Shown here: piece by piece, positions 12,091-25,100 of the stretch | How positions within the stretch are numbered: position 1 is the stretch's first letter | Layout of the letters: the number at the start of each line of letters is the position of its first letter | Assembly (NCBI RefSeq): GCF_963921235.1 | Contig: NC_086097.1 | Span: 144,710,001 to 144,774,000 of the forward strand | Reading direction: 5' to 3' | Source: Mobula hypostoma | Lineage: Eukaryota | DNA length: 64,000 nucleotides | Notes under the pieces: generated by a model | Told to the model about the DNA's origin: nothing | The model's input: the letters and a program-made list of their open reading frames with translations, nothing else | Database searches by the model: none | Program-made: the position numbers and the translations under genes

Positions 12091-12794
12091 ATTTCAGGTC
12101 ATATATATGCAGAAATAGTGAAAATTCTATCGGGTTCACAAACTTTCTAGTACCACTGTATGCAGATGGAGTTACTTTACTGTACTTTTATGGGAATAGG
12201 GGAATAATAAGGAAAAATGCTATGGTCAATCTCTTTCCCCCAGACATCTTACTATTCACACAACTCAACAATAATGCATAGTACATCAACTCAATGAAGA
12301 ACAGTGGATATGATCTGGATGTGACTAATGTACAAATGACATGAATTTCGTTAGCATGTCAAATTTGATGGGTTTTCCACAGTCCCTCACAACTAATGGA
12401 ATCAATGGCTTTTGTAAGTTTGATAAATGCCATCTGTCATGGCTAGTGCAACTCCCTACTACAACACACAAACTTTATCAACCTTACTAAAGCGTTTTGC
12501 ATCTTAGCTTGGGAGGGACTAGGAACCACCTCCCAGAATTTAACTACTCTCACAAACTAGTATCAGAATCACAATCACAATCACAATTAGATTTAGTATC
12601 ACTGGCATATGTAGTGAAATTTGTTGTTCTGTGGTGGCAGCACAGTGCAATACAGAAATATTGCTGTAAGTTACAACAAAAACACATAAAAATAGATGAA
12701 CAACAGGAATTCTGCAGATGCTGGAAATTCAAGCAACACACATCAAAGTTGCTGGTGAACGCAGCAGGCCAGGCAGCATCTGGAGGAAGAGGTG

Positions 12795-12832
12795 CAGTCG
12801 ACGTTTCAGGCCAAGACCCTTCGTCAGGACTG
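12795..12832 (-). ncRNA. Minimal type I hammerhead ribozyme motif (Penelope-associated), core apparently intact
   Basis: Minus strand CAGUC-CUGACGA-A-GGGU CUUG GCCU-GAAAC-GUC/GACUG: stem I CAGUC:GACUG, full CUGANGA/GAAA core and palindromic ACGU stem III. Confidence 0.75.
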
Positions 12833-13556
12833 ACACAACAACAGACAGATTTCACTTACATCAGTTTGATCACTGAGCTTGTCTACCAGGAAGTCTGGAA
12901 TTCAATATAGTTTTTGTTCCAGGGTGCAGTTTGGGAACTGCGATTCACTTCCTAAACTAGAAGCAGACAATGCTTGCTGAGTATTTGGAAAATTAGTATG
13001 TGCAATTCTAAAAGGATTACAATGGTTAGACCACATACAAGTAACTTTTAAGTAAACAAAACTTCCACAGACAATGTTTAATTGTCCCAAACAATGTCGT
13101 AGAGTACCAATAGCAGCAAACCTTTGCTTAATAAATATTTTCCAATTTAAGCTGGAACAAAGAAAAATCCTGAACTTCATTTCCTTCATAGCAAGGTTGA
13201 GGGTTTCTTACTCCCCTCCACCTATAATCCTCAATGAGCCAGCTAATTAATTTTCCAATATGGTCATTAGTTTGTTGATTTGACTCTTTTGGGCAAAATG
13301 TGTACTGCAAAAACAAAATATCCAAACTATCATGTAAACAGACATTTGTGTTTCAATCATGGAAATGGAATATGTCAAAACTCCTCAGACGAGAAAACAA
13401 ATTTTACAAAGAAAGATCCACCAAGTGTGAGTGCTAAGTAAGCTTTTAGACTGGGCAAGACAGTTGAAAAGGAGAGGGAAACACACTAGAATAAATGAGA
13501 ACAGAAAAAGTAGGGATAAAAACGAGGAAAAGGTATCTACAACAACCTAGTTAACT

Positions 13557-13594
13557 TTGTCCCGACGAAGGGTCTCGGCCTGAAACGTCGACTG
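13557..13594 (+). ncRNA. Hammerhead motif copy with a mutated core (CCGACGA)
   Basis: gtc-ccgacga-agggtctcggcct-gaaac-gtc-gactg. It has a U4-to-C change and a shortened stem I. Confidence 0.55.
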
Positions 13595-13741
13595 CACCTC
13601 TTCCTAGAGATGCTGCCTGGCCTGCTGCGTTCACCAGCAACTTTTATGTGTGTTGTAAAAATAGATGAAGAGTGCAAGAAGGGTACAGAATAGCAAAGTT
13701 CATGCACTATTCAGAAATCAGAAGGCAGAGGGGAAGAAGCA

Positions 13742-14355
13742 AGAAATTTCTCCTTCTCTCTACTCCAAATGGATATCCCTCGGTTCTGAGGATGACTCGC
13801 CCACTATAGGAAACATTTTCTCTATATCCATTCTATCTAGGCCTTTCAATATTTGATAGATTTCAATGAGGTCCCCTCTCTTTCTTCTAAACTCCGGTGA
13901 GTACAGGAGGCCCAAAGCCATCAAACCCTCCTCACGCATTAACCCTTTTATTTCTGGAAAAATTCTTCTGAACCTCCTCTGGACCCTTTCCAAAGCCAGC
14001 ACATCTTTTCCTTAGATAAGGGACCCCAAACCGCTTACAATACTCCAAGTGCAGTCTGCCCAATGCCTTAAAAAGCTGCTGCATTGTATCCTTGCTCTTT
14101 TCTTCTTCTTCTTTCAAAATGAATGCCAACATTGCAATAGCCTTCCTCAACCTGCAAGTTAACCTTTAGCGAATCCTGCACAAAGACTCTAATGGGTGAA
14201 TTTTCTCCTCATTTAGAAATTAGTCCACACCTTTATTCCTTCTACCAAAGTGCATGACCATATACTTCCCTACATTCTATTTGCCGCGTCTTTACCCATT
14301 CTTCCAATTTGTGTGAGTCCTTCTGCCAACTCCCTCTGTTCTCAGCACTGCCTGC
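13742..14355 (-). mobile_element. CR1 LINE fragment
   Basis: ORFs 13760-14002 and 13932-14150(-): LALERVQRRF, RGDLIEIYQILKGLDRMD, RLHLEYC. Confidence 0.9.
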
Positions 14356-14499
14356 CCCAAATTAAAGGAGTAATGAAAAGCTGTTCAACCCATGCATGTA
14401 CCACAATCTTATTGCCATATCAGTGGATTTACAATACAGTATTTGCATCTATCAATAGTATGGAAAATTGCCCAGGTATATCTTATCTAGAAAATGCAG

Positions 14500-15890
14500 G
14501 ACAAATTCGTTCTACTTGATTACAACTCCATCAGTCTATTCTTAATCAGTATCAAAGTGATAGAACAGGTCATCAATGGTGCTTTCAAGTAATACTTTCT
14601 CACCAATAACATGCTCACCAATACCTAATTTAGATAAAAACCACTACCGCATGAATCCAACTTCATTAAGCTTTAGTGCAAACATGAACCAAAAGGCTAA
14701 CCTCCAGACTGCCCTTGACAGAAAACCAAACTCTTTAATCAAACATAAATAACCTTTGTAAAACCAGACTCAGTGGTCATCAGGGAGATAAATGCTTGGA
14801 GAACCTTACCAAAAGAAAAATAATAGTGGTTGCTGGAGGTCAATTGTGCTAGTCCCAGAACATTAATAGCAGAGTTTCTCAGGATATGTCATAGGTCCCA
14901 TGGTCATCAATTGCCTCATGAATAACCTTACTTTGATCAAGAGAACAAAAAGAGGGATGTTGATTAAAAATTACCTGCTGTTCAGTTCCATTTGAAACTC
15001 CTTAGCAAAGGAAATGGTTCATAATTGCATAGCTAAGATTTAGACAATTTGAAGCACAGGGGCTAGTAAAACTTGCAGAACACAAGTGATGTCAGTGACC
15101 ACTACCATCAACTCCTAACCACCTACATTCAGTGACTTTACTGGGAAGCTTGTACGTTCTCCCCATGACCATGTGGGCTTCCTCCTACATTCCAAATTTA
15201 CATGAGTCAGTAAATAAACTGGTCAGGTGGGCATAATTGGTCAGCATGAGGTCATTGGGCCAGAAGAACCTGTTACCATGCTGCATCTCGAAAATAAAAA
15301 AATCCTGCTAGTCACTGTTGAGCAGAAGCTTCAATGGGTATAAGCTCAATGGCTAGAAAAGCAGGTCAGAGGCCAGGTATTTCACAGCAAATGACTCATC
15401 TCTTGACAGTATGTCTGTATACCATCTTAAGGCCACAAGTCAGTGGTGTATTGGAATCTTGACCACTTGCTTAGATGAATGGTATCTGATAAAAGTCAAT
15501 AAACTTGACATCATCCAGCTCGAAACAGTCTGCTTGATTGGCATCTGATCTATTATCCTCTGTATTCTCTCAGTAGTGAGTGTCCAATGACTCCTGAGGA
15601 TGCTTTCTGCAAAAAGCACGTTTTTCTGCAAAATTCTCCATGACTACCCTGACAACACCTTTCAAACACACAACCGCTATCTCCTGGAAGGACAAGGGTT
15701 GCAGATATACTTTATTACTGCCTCTCCTCTCAGTCACACACTTCCCTGGCTTGGAAATATATTGCAGTCCCTTCATTGACAACTTGTCTAAGTTTTAGAA
15801 CTCCCAGCCATCTGCATTGTTAGAATATCTCCCAGCAGGATTGCAACTGTTCAGGATGCTTTCTCATTACCACAATGCCTACATTCAATG
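14500..15890 (+). mobile_element. Old, highly decayed CR1-group LINE RT region with an inserted V-SINE fragment (about 15145-15300)
   Basis: Remnants resembling NY.PISL..I.SKVME, a GV.QG.V.GP-like box, and the downstream AGQR.GI and KAQV motifs. Confidence 0.6.
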
Positions 15891-16459
15891 AAATAAATAA
15901 ATAACAAAACAAAAATACCATTAAATGCTGAACTTGAAAGGATCAGTTCTATTGCTTCCCCAATGTTTCAAAGAGATTGTTTCGTTGACTAAACATTCAC
16001 TCAAACAATGTTTCTGCAAGTTAGTTTTGAGCTTTCTTTCCTTTGCTGGACAAAGATGAAGTTTGGTCATGCTCTCCATTAGCATTCATTCCCGAGGGAG
16101 TTCTAACATTCTGTACGTTCTGATGTCTTTGCTCAGCTATCAGTAGGCCAAGTTGAGTTTCACTTGTTGTCTTTTATTCCAGCTCTCCCCTTCATTTCAT
16201 TGTAGGCCTGATCAATAGGAACAAATTCTAATTAACCAACTAAGGTAATGTATTCTACTGAAAGACAGCACCCGTGCTTAGAATTGGCTGAGTGTCAACC
16301 TTAAAACCTTAAACTACATAAGCAAGACCAAGACAACAGTCAGGCGCAGTGGCATGTAACACTGGCAGCACAGAAGCACTAGGCAAATGACCACTGGTAT
16401 CAAAACAGAGCCTAACCACCTCTGATATTCAAAGGCATTACTATCATCAAACTTGTTCA

Positions 16460-16890
16460 TTATAGCTTGTTTTCTCTGGAGCGTCAGAGCCTGAGAGGAG
16501 ACTTGATAGAGTTTTATAAAGTTATGACAGGAATAAATAGTGTCATAATCATTTTTCTAGGGTAGAAATATCAAATGCTAGAGGTCAGAGCTTTAATGTG
16601 AGATGGGGAAAGGAGATGTGCAGGATAAGGTTTTTACACAAAGGGTGGCAAGTGTATGGAATGCTCTGCCGGGGTAATAGTGGAAGCAGACATGAGAGGC
16701 CATTAAGAGGTATTGAGACAGGTACATGAACATGTAGGGAATGAGTGACATGGGGAAATGAATCGTGTGCAGGCAGACAGATTCAATTTAATTTGTTATC
16801 ATTGTCAGCACATGGTTGAAAAGTCTGTTCCTGTGCTCTACTGTTCTATGTTCTTTGTTTTATGATCAGTGTTCTATATTCTATGTTCTA
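16460..16890 (+). mobile_element. CR1 LINE 3' end with (tgttcta)-like tail
   Basis: LFSLERQSLRGDLIEFYKVM and WNALP motifs, followed by a tgttctatgttc tail. Confidence 0.8.
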
Positions 16891-16909
16891 AATTCCAATT
16901 ATTGGCAAT

Positions 16910-18660
16910 AGGTCTCTTTCTGCAAAAGAGAGGTGAGAGTTGATATTGGACCACTGGAAAACTATGCTGGAGAGGTAGTAATGGGGGACAATGAAATGGC
17001 GAACAAACTGAATAAGTATTTTGCATCAGCCTTCATGGTGAAAGACACTAGCAGTATGGTGGAAGGTCCAGGTGTCAGGGGTCATGAAGTTTGTTAAGTT
17101 GCCATAACTAGAGAGAAGGTTCTTGGAAAACTAAATGGTTTGAAGGTAGATGTGTCACCTGGACTAGATCATGTGCATCCCAGAGTTCTGAAAGAGGTGG
17201 CTGAAGAAATCGTGGAGGCATTAGTAATGATCATTCAAGAATCGCTAGATTCTGGAATGGTTCCAGAAGACTGAAAAATTACAAATGTCACTCCACTCTT
17301 CAGGAAGGGAGAGAGGCAGAAGAATGGAAACTATAAGCAAGCTAGTCTGACCTCATTGGTTGGGAGGATGTGGAAAGACATTGGAGTCGATTATTAAGGA
17401 TGAGGTCTCAGGGTCCTTGAAGGCACTTGATAAAATAGGCCATAATCAGTATGGTTTCTTCAAGGGAAAATCTTGCCTGACAAATGTGTTGGAATTCTTT
17501 GAAGAAATAACATGAAGGATAGATAAAGAAGAATCGGTTGATGTTGTGTACTTAGATTTTCAGAAGGTCTTTGACAAGGTGCCACACATGAGGCTACTGA
17601 ACATGGTATTACAGGAAATATTCCAGCATGGGTAAAGCAGTGGCTGATTGGTAGGAGGCAAAGGGTGGGAATAAAGGGAGCCTATTCTGGTTGGCTGTCG
17701 GTGACTAGTGTTCCTCAGGGGTCTCTATGTTGGGACCAATTCTTTTTACGTTATTTGTCAATTATTTGGATGATGGAATTGATGCTTTGTTGCAAAGTTT
17801 GCAGACAATATGAAGATAGCTGGGGGCAGGTAGTTTTGAGGAAGTAGAGGGGCGACAGAAGGACTCAGACAAATTAGGAGAATGGGTAAAGGAATGGCTG
17901 ATGGAATATTGTGTCAGGAAGTGTATGGTCATGTATTTTGGTAGAAGAAGTGAAAGGGCTGACTATTTTCTAAATGGAGAGAAGATACAAGAAACTGAGG
18001 TGCAAATGGACTTGGAAGTCCTTGTGCAGGATTCCCTAATGGTTAATTTGCAGATTGAGTCTGTAGTGATATACAATCTGTGGTTTCAAGAGGACCAGAA
18101 TATAAAAGCAAGGATGTAATGTTGAAACTTTATAACACACTGGTGACACCTCACTTGGAGTATTGTCAGCATGTTCAGGCCCCTTATCTTAGGAAGGATA
18201 TGCTGAAACTGGAGAGGGTTCACAGGAGGTTCACAAAATTATTCCAGGATTGAATGGCTTCTCATATAAAGAGCATCTGGTGTCTCTGGGCCTGTATTCG
18301 CTAGAATTCAGAAGAATGTGGGTTGACATCATTGAAACCTATTGATAGAGTGGATATGAAGAGGATGTTTCCTATGGTGGGAGAGTCTAAGACCAGAGGA
18401 CCCAGCCTCAATATAAAGGGGCACCCTTTTAGAATGGAGATGAGGAGTGGAATTCATTGCCACAGGCAACTGTGGAGGCCAAGTCTTTTTTTAAGGCAGA
18501 GGTTGATAGATTCTTGATCAGTCAGGGCATGAAGGGACATGGGGAGAAGACAAGAGATTGGGGCTGAGAGGAAAATTGGATCATCCATGATGAAATGGTG
18601 GAGCAGACTTGATGGGCAAAAGGCCTAATTCTGCTCCTATTTCGTATGGTCTTATGGTCT
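16910..18660 (+). mobile_element. CR1 LINE ORF2 (RT) 3' portion, decayed
   Basis: NVTPLFRKG, GKSCLTNVLEFFEEI, VDVVYLDFQKVFDKVPH, SVPQGS and HLEYC, plus a tatggtcttatggtct tail. Confidence 0.92.
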
Positions 18661-20835
18661 TTGTTGCCCAGTGACATATTCTACTCCATTCGTGGATTCT
18701 TGCAAAACACAGTAATCTACTTATGTCCTTCAGGGAACCAAATTTGCCCGTTACCCATTATGGCTAAATATGCTTTCAAACTCACATCAATGTACAGGCT
18801 CCAGTGTGAGCAACATGGCACACCACTCAATAATTTCAGAAAACCACAGCTAACATTTATTATTAGAACAAGGAGAGGCAAAGTGTACAAACAGGAATTA
18901 ATTTTCAAAACTACTCAGACCATTTCCTCACATTGTGCAGTATTACTTCACATATAGCTAAATATAACTATCAATAAGATTGCAGTAGTGGTAAGCAGGT
19001 AGATGTAGTCAGAAAGGATTTTAGATCAATAAAGCAGGAACTATTTTATGATGAAATTATTATGCCACTAGGTTGATAAACTGAATTAAGGGGATGATTA
19101 AAACACGAACACCATAATAATAACAAATTAGATTTTAGGATGCAATTAATTTTGTGAAGTCAGTCAATGTAAGTGGTATTTTGTTTTTGAAACAATGCAC
19201 AGAACTGCATGGTGTTGTTATTCACTGGGGAGTGGAGGGGAGTGAAGAAATGTTATTGATGAGGTTCCTTTGTCACTAGACTGAACATCTCTCCTCTCCA
19301 TCATCAACACTTTGGTGTTGCAGTATGTATGTACCACCCTTTGGAAGTACCACAGCAGTTAGGCAAATTTATCTTGACTGGATCTCCTATTTCCAAGCCC
19401 TGTAATGCCAGTAAGACCTGGACCAAGAAACAAACTTGATTTCAGACATTAATCTTCATGATCAAAATTCTGCAATTATCTAACATCAATGTAAAAGTAC
19501 CATTGGTCAGAAAACCTTGGTTACTTAAGGAGGAAGTCCTCCGTCACATTCTCAGAGCCAGATAGAGTTGGACAATAAAGTTGTGACTTTCACAACACTT
19601 TATGCCTGATTCGACAAAGGATTTGAAACAGTGGGAAAGTACAAACAATCTGTCAGCATGTGACATCACATTGGGAGGAAAGGTACTTTCATACAATAGA
19701 GAAATAGGCAAACTGACAAAAAAAAAGTTCACTTTTGACATCCTAGATTCTTTCTTATTAATCACAGTACACAAGTAAACTCTGATCATGGTCATCTACC
19801 TACAGACTGTATAAAATGTATGCTATACATAATATTATATTTTGTCTCCAATGTGCTCCTGCTGCAAAACATTTACTATTGTTTGAAAAACTTCAGAGCT
19901 TCTTGGGTCATTATGTCCCTAATTGTCCTGATAGTTGGCCAGATAAATGTTAAGCTCAAGATGATCAAAATAGTTTGAAGCAGATGCTATTCCATTTAAT
20001 TCCTGGAAACCTGAATGTCTGGTCATGGTTTTGCAGTTATAAGGGATACAACTTTTCATGTCCTCTGTTCAATTCCATCTTGAAAGGAATTGGAGCTCTC
20101 ATTTGGTCTCATTTCGGACAGTTTGAATCCACCTGGAGTTGTGTGACACTCTATGGAAACAAATACACATTTTATGGGGAGAAGTGGTGCCAAAGCTGAG
20201 CCATTATTGTTCCTAGTATTCCAAGAATTTGTTTTTTTTGTAAAAACACAATCAATTCTCTAATATCTTTCAGGGAAGGATATCTGCATCTCACCTAGTT
20301 AGTCCTAATGCCAGTGATTCTTTATTACTCTTGGAAGTAATATAGCAGTACACTCAAATTATCATAGCCATTCGGGATAGGCATGTAAAAATTCCCACTT
20401 CTCGCTAATATATAACAAGTAAAGTATAGTATTTTCTTATTTCAGAAGTTAAACAATAGTCTACCTTGTAAAGCATCTTGCCACATTGTATTGTACTAAA
20501 TTTACTTTAAAAATACAAATGGTGGTTGTTATTATTATCACTGATGTGAACATTACTACTGAAACAAAGTCTGAATGAAATCTTTTAAAGACTTTGCTTT
20601 CAGAATGGTGATGACACTGGGAAACAAGACCAGTTCTTATTCCTGCAGGTTGAATGATCTTTCAAGAAAGTTGCGGAGAAAAATAAAGAACTGTACACCA
20701 GCAAAGTTTCACTTCAGTGGTTGCAACTAATGCAGAGCCAACTGAACAATGTACCAGGTCACACTGCATCACCAGCAAAAGCCATTATCCTTATTTTTTT
20801 TTCTCCCAGCCCAAAACTTTGACTGTTTATTCCTT

Positions 20836-20948
20836 TCAGAATCAGAATCAGAATCAGGTTTATTATCACCGGCATGTGTCATGAAGTCGGTAAACATAGC
20901 AGCAGCAGTTCAGTGCTATACATAATATGGAAGAAGAAGGAAAAAATT

Positions 20949-20979
<31 letters not shown>

Positions 20980-22150
20980 TGCAGTATATGTATAATGAAT
21001 AGATAAAAAATCAAGCAAAAACAGAAATTACATATATTAAAAAAGTGAGGTAGTGTTCAAAGGTTCAATGTTCATTTAGGAATCGGATGGCAGAGGTGAA
21101 GAAGCTGTTCCTGAATCACAGAGTTTGTGCCTTTAGGCTTCTGTACCTCCTACCTGATGGTAACAGTGAGAAAAGGGCATGCCCTGGGTGCTGGGGGTCC
21201 TTAATAATGGGTGCTGTTTTTCTGAGACACCGCTCCCTGAAGATGTCCTGGGTACTTTGAGGGCTCGTATCCAAGACGGAGCTGACTAACTTTATAACCT
21301 TCTGCAGCTTCTTTCAGTCCTGTGCAGTAGCCCCTACCCCCCACCATACCAGACAGTGATGTAGCCTATCAGAATGCTCTCCACAGTACATCTATAGAAG
21401 TCTTTGAGTGTTTTTGTTGACTTACCAAATCCCTTCAACTCCTAATGAAGTATAGATGCTGTCTTGCCTTCTTTATAGCTGCATCGATATTTTGGGCCTA
21501 GGTTAAGTCCTCAGAGATCTTGACACCCAGGAACTTGAAACTGCTCACTCTCTCCCCTCTGATCCCTCTGTGAGGATTGGTACGTGTTCCTTCCTCTAAC
21601 CTTCTTAAAGTCCACAGTCTTTACTGACGTTGAGTGCAAGGTTGTTGCTGCGACACCACTCCACTAGTTAGCGTATCTTGATTCTGTAGGCCCTGTCACC
21701 TCCATCGGAGATTCTACCAACAATGGTTGTATCATCAGCAAATTTATAGATGGAATTTGAGCTATGCCTAGCCACACAGTCATGGGTATAGAGAGAGTAG
21801 AGAAGTGGGCTAAACACACACCCAAGGTGCACCAGTGTTGATTGTCAGTGAGGAGGAAATATTATCACCAATCCACACAGATTGCGGTCTTCCGGTTAGG
21901 AAGTCAAGGATCCAATTGCAGAGGGAGGTACAGAAGCCCAGGTTCTGTAACTTCTCAATCAGGATTGTGGGAATTATGGTGTTAAATGCAGAGCTATAGT
22001 TGATGAACAGCATCCTGACATAGGTGTTTGTATTGTCCGGGTGTTCTAAAGCCATGTGAAGAGCCATTGAGATCGCATCTGCCATTGACCTATTGTGGCG
22101 ATAGGCAAATTGCAGTGGGTCCAGGTCATTGCTGAGGCAGGAGTTCAAGT
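20836..22150 (-). mobile_element. Rex1/Babar-type LINE, 5'-truncated
   Basis: ORF 21810-22148(-) [17 protein letters not shown]...[16 protein letters not shown]...[13 protein letters not shown]. (TCAGAA)n tail at 20836-20857 and (TCAA)n at about 20948-20978. Confidence 0.92.
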
Positions 22151-25100
22151 CTAGTCTAGATCATTTTGATCATCACCTCCTTCTCATATCCAAACATAAT
22201 GATACCAGTGTACATAGTGACTGGTGAAAGCAGAACCAGCAGTCAGAAAGCCCTGATGGACACTCCTACTGCAGTCCCTTTTCATTGTTGTGGATAGGCA
22301 TGACATTGAGGGAGTGAGGTGCAAAGAATTTGAGCATTGGTTACATGGATAGCTTAATGTGAATTCTGGTATTTTTTAAAATCCTGATAAGCCTAAGGAG
22401 ATGAAATCAACGTTCTTTTAGTGGTGATCCTCTGTTACGTGCAACATGTACTGCAACATGAAATTGGGAAAACTACCAAAATGTGTTACTATATGCTTTT
22501 TGGGAACATAATACAAATGGTGGATATAGAAGGAATGATTCCTCTCTTGGGAGAATCCGGAATTAGGGGTTACTGTTGGAAAATAAAGTACCATTTACTA
22601 AAGATAAAGATATGCAACTTTCCTTTGTTTCTCAGTGATTCTCAAAGGCTGTGGAAGCAGATTTGGAGAAGTTCATGATAAGCAAGACGGTGCAATGCTA
22701 CCATGGCTACAAGAGCAAGCAGAGTTGAGATTGCTGTCAGATCAGCCATGATTATATTAAGTGAGACTTGAGGACTGAGGGATCTGCAACTTTAACAATA
22801 GGATATGGCACATCTCCGTCTGGAACCCGTCGGAGAATAAAGTCTCATCGGGAATTGATATTCTGTGAAGTTTACATTGAACGAATGTTTCCAGAAAGTA
22901 GTTTTTAAATCCCATCTTGTCAGCGCAGGCCAATGGAGCTCGTCATAAATTTTGCTTGCTTATTTTTGGCTCTGCACTGGATGTAGTTGAGGTATTCATG
23001 AGCAAGGACTGTTTCATTATTCTAAAGAACAAGCAATGGAGCTTAATGAAAGAATCAGGGTATGGTCTCACATAGAATATTGTTATTGATTGTAATTTAT
23101 TTTGATGATTTGGAGCTAGAAATCAACATCAGCATCAAACGCTAGAGATGAAACCAAGCTGTCAGTCATAGGCTGAGGCTGGAGTTGGTTGTGTAAAGTA
23201 AGGTACAGCTGATACTGAGGAAGAAAGTGGCGCAATTCAAAATTTCAATTGAATTCATGCTCCCAATTTAGTTAAGAACACAGACAAATCTTATGTTACA
23301 TACTTTAGCAAGAAAAGTTGAATCAGTATCTCTATGTCAAAATAAAAACTGAATGGATTGGAAAAGCAATAATAAGCTTTAGGGCTACAGGCTGGTAAAT
23401 CACTGAAAGCAAAAATCCAAGTTAAAAAAATACAATTACATTGCAAACAAAACACTGAGATTTACTTTTAAGATATTCAGAAATACTGTAATAAAATTAT
23501 TTCAAATTAAACCACTGATAGTTCTTTTCTCCATACTCTGAGAAGGACAGAGAAACCCTAATGAAAGAGCAGTAAAAATTATGAAGAACTGTGAGATTAA
23601 CATGCTTGGAGATTAAAGATTGAGATTTTTTTAGATTGAGGAGAAGGTTTCACCAGAGCTTAGTGTGAAGTAGCAACTGAATGTGTACTCCCCTTCTGCA
23701 AAATGGTTTAATGGAAGTTGTCATTTTCCTGAAGCTTTGTATGTGCATTAATTATGATCAACTTTCTACCCCAGTGCTGAAAAATCCAAAATCCAAAAGG
23801 TGATTGAACATAAGGCAGCTATCAGTAAATCAAATGGGGCATAAGAAGAAGTTGATTTACTCAATGAATGGTTAGAATGTGGAGCTTGTTACCACAGGAA
23901 ATGCTTTCAAATAGGAAACCAGACAAGTAGCTGAGAGAAGCAGGAATAGAAAACTAAAATTCTGCAGTGAGGTAGACAAAATAAAAAATAATGTATGGGG
24001 TATAAGTGCCAGCATGGGATTGTTGGAGCAAATGGCCTTTTTCTGTACACAAAAATATATCTATTCCTACATAAGATGAATATTTAGAAGAGTGTGTGCT
24101 TGAGAGGTATTGGATTTTAGGATGAATGCAGGTATTTTGTCTTATCTCTCTGCTGACTAGTATTGTAGAGTAGTATGGACCTGACTTTAGTTGTGTGGTT
24201 CAGAGCAACGTGTATGGACAACAGCACTTTTTTTTACAGTCCAAATCCTTATTAAGTATTTTTGGCATTTACTACCAAGTGAACAAGAGATTTGTTTTTT
24301 AACTGGGATCAAGTTATCCTCAACTTGTTTATTCATTTCTGAACTTGTTTGTCTGTCTTTTACATATCCCTGTGATTGCATATGAAAATACATCATTATG
24401 CACCTCATGAACACTACAATCAGGCCCGAATTATGTCAGAAGTTTCAAGATAATGATCTCAATCTCCAGAGGTTTTGTAATGTTACACAAGCTTTGTGCT
24501 TGGCTACTTGCCACCTCTGGAATTCATTATTTTTTGTTTCAGCCTGCACTGCGGGCAACCTGGCAGCACAGCACACCACACTGGTATTATAACAGTGAAA
24601 TCGGAGAGCCTGGGACTTATCGCCTCCCGCATTCTCTGCTCCAATTCTCCAGTGGACCACCTGAGAAGACAGTATGCGGAGGATGGGCCTTGCAAGGGAG
24701 GAAGCAGTGAACACTAGAGGGCAGGCATTTCTCTGCTGAAGAAAGCTCAACTCGTATCAACCATGCAGAGAAAGTTGGCCAGATACAATGACTTGGAAAA
24801 TCACCTTTGCGTGAAAAAGTGCACTAAAATAGTTCTGCGCAGGGGACTTGCAATGGCTTGTTGTTTGCCATTAGTACATGATTTCTGCCCATGCACCTCA
24901 GGCAAGGACTTGATACTTAAGGCGATGCCAATTGTAATGTTTTCCCCATTGCCATACATTAACTGTAAGTGATTTCAGAAGTTCCACACACCAGATGAAA
25001 ATAATCTGCACTATTTCACATTGCAGTGCTCCTGTGCTACTGAAAGGGGAGTTGAGAACCAAACCCAGCCAGTGTTGGAAGTCATTATTCAGCGTGGGGA

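Larger units (their letters stand above)
6629..12158 (+). mobile_element. Tc1-family DNA transposon remnant interrupted by an LTR retrotransposon
   Basis: TA-flanked TIRs cagtg(tg)gtgctagaaagtttgtgaac... and ...gttcacaaactttctagtaccactg. The transposase remnant at about 6870-7018 reads KKKIGVLK*LNQGPDLNPIEMLW (SPDLNPIE motif). Confidence 0.85.
12701..13655. mobile_element. Composite insertion: inverted Penelope-derived terminal repeats around unrelated cargo, with a 14-bp TSD
   Basis: TSD taaaaatagatgaa at 12687-12700 and 13656-13669. Arms 12734-12830 and 13559-13655 are inverted copies (5 mismatches in 97 by my count). Confidence 0.85.
12560..13740 (-). mobile_element. Rex1/Babar-type 3' tail split by the 12701-13655 insertion
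   Basis: atcagaatcacaatc tail like those at 20836 and 49948. It continues after 13669 with ttcagaaatcagaaggcagaggggaagaagc. Confidence 0.7.

Noticed and set aside
12497..12910. 137-aa and 101-aa overlapping ORFs
   Set aside because: They run across a LINE tail microsatellite and the Penelope repeat, so they are chance open frames.
12902..13325. ORFs in the cargo segment as a captured gene
   Set aside because: Short, with no recognisable protein similarity; coding status is unsupported without a search.
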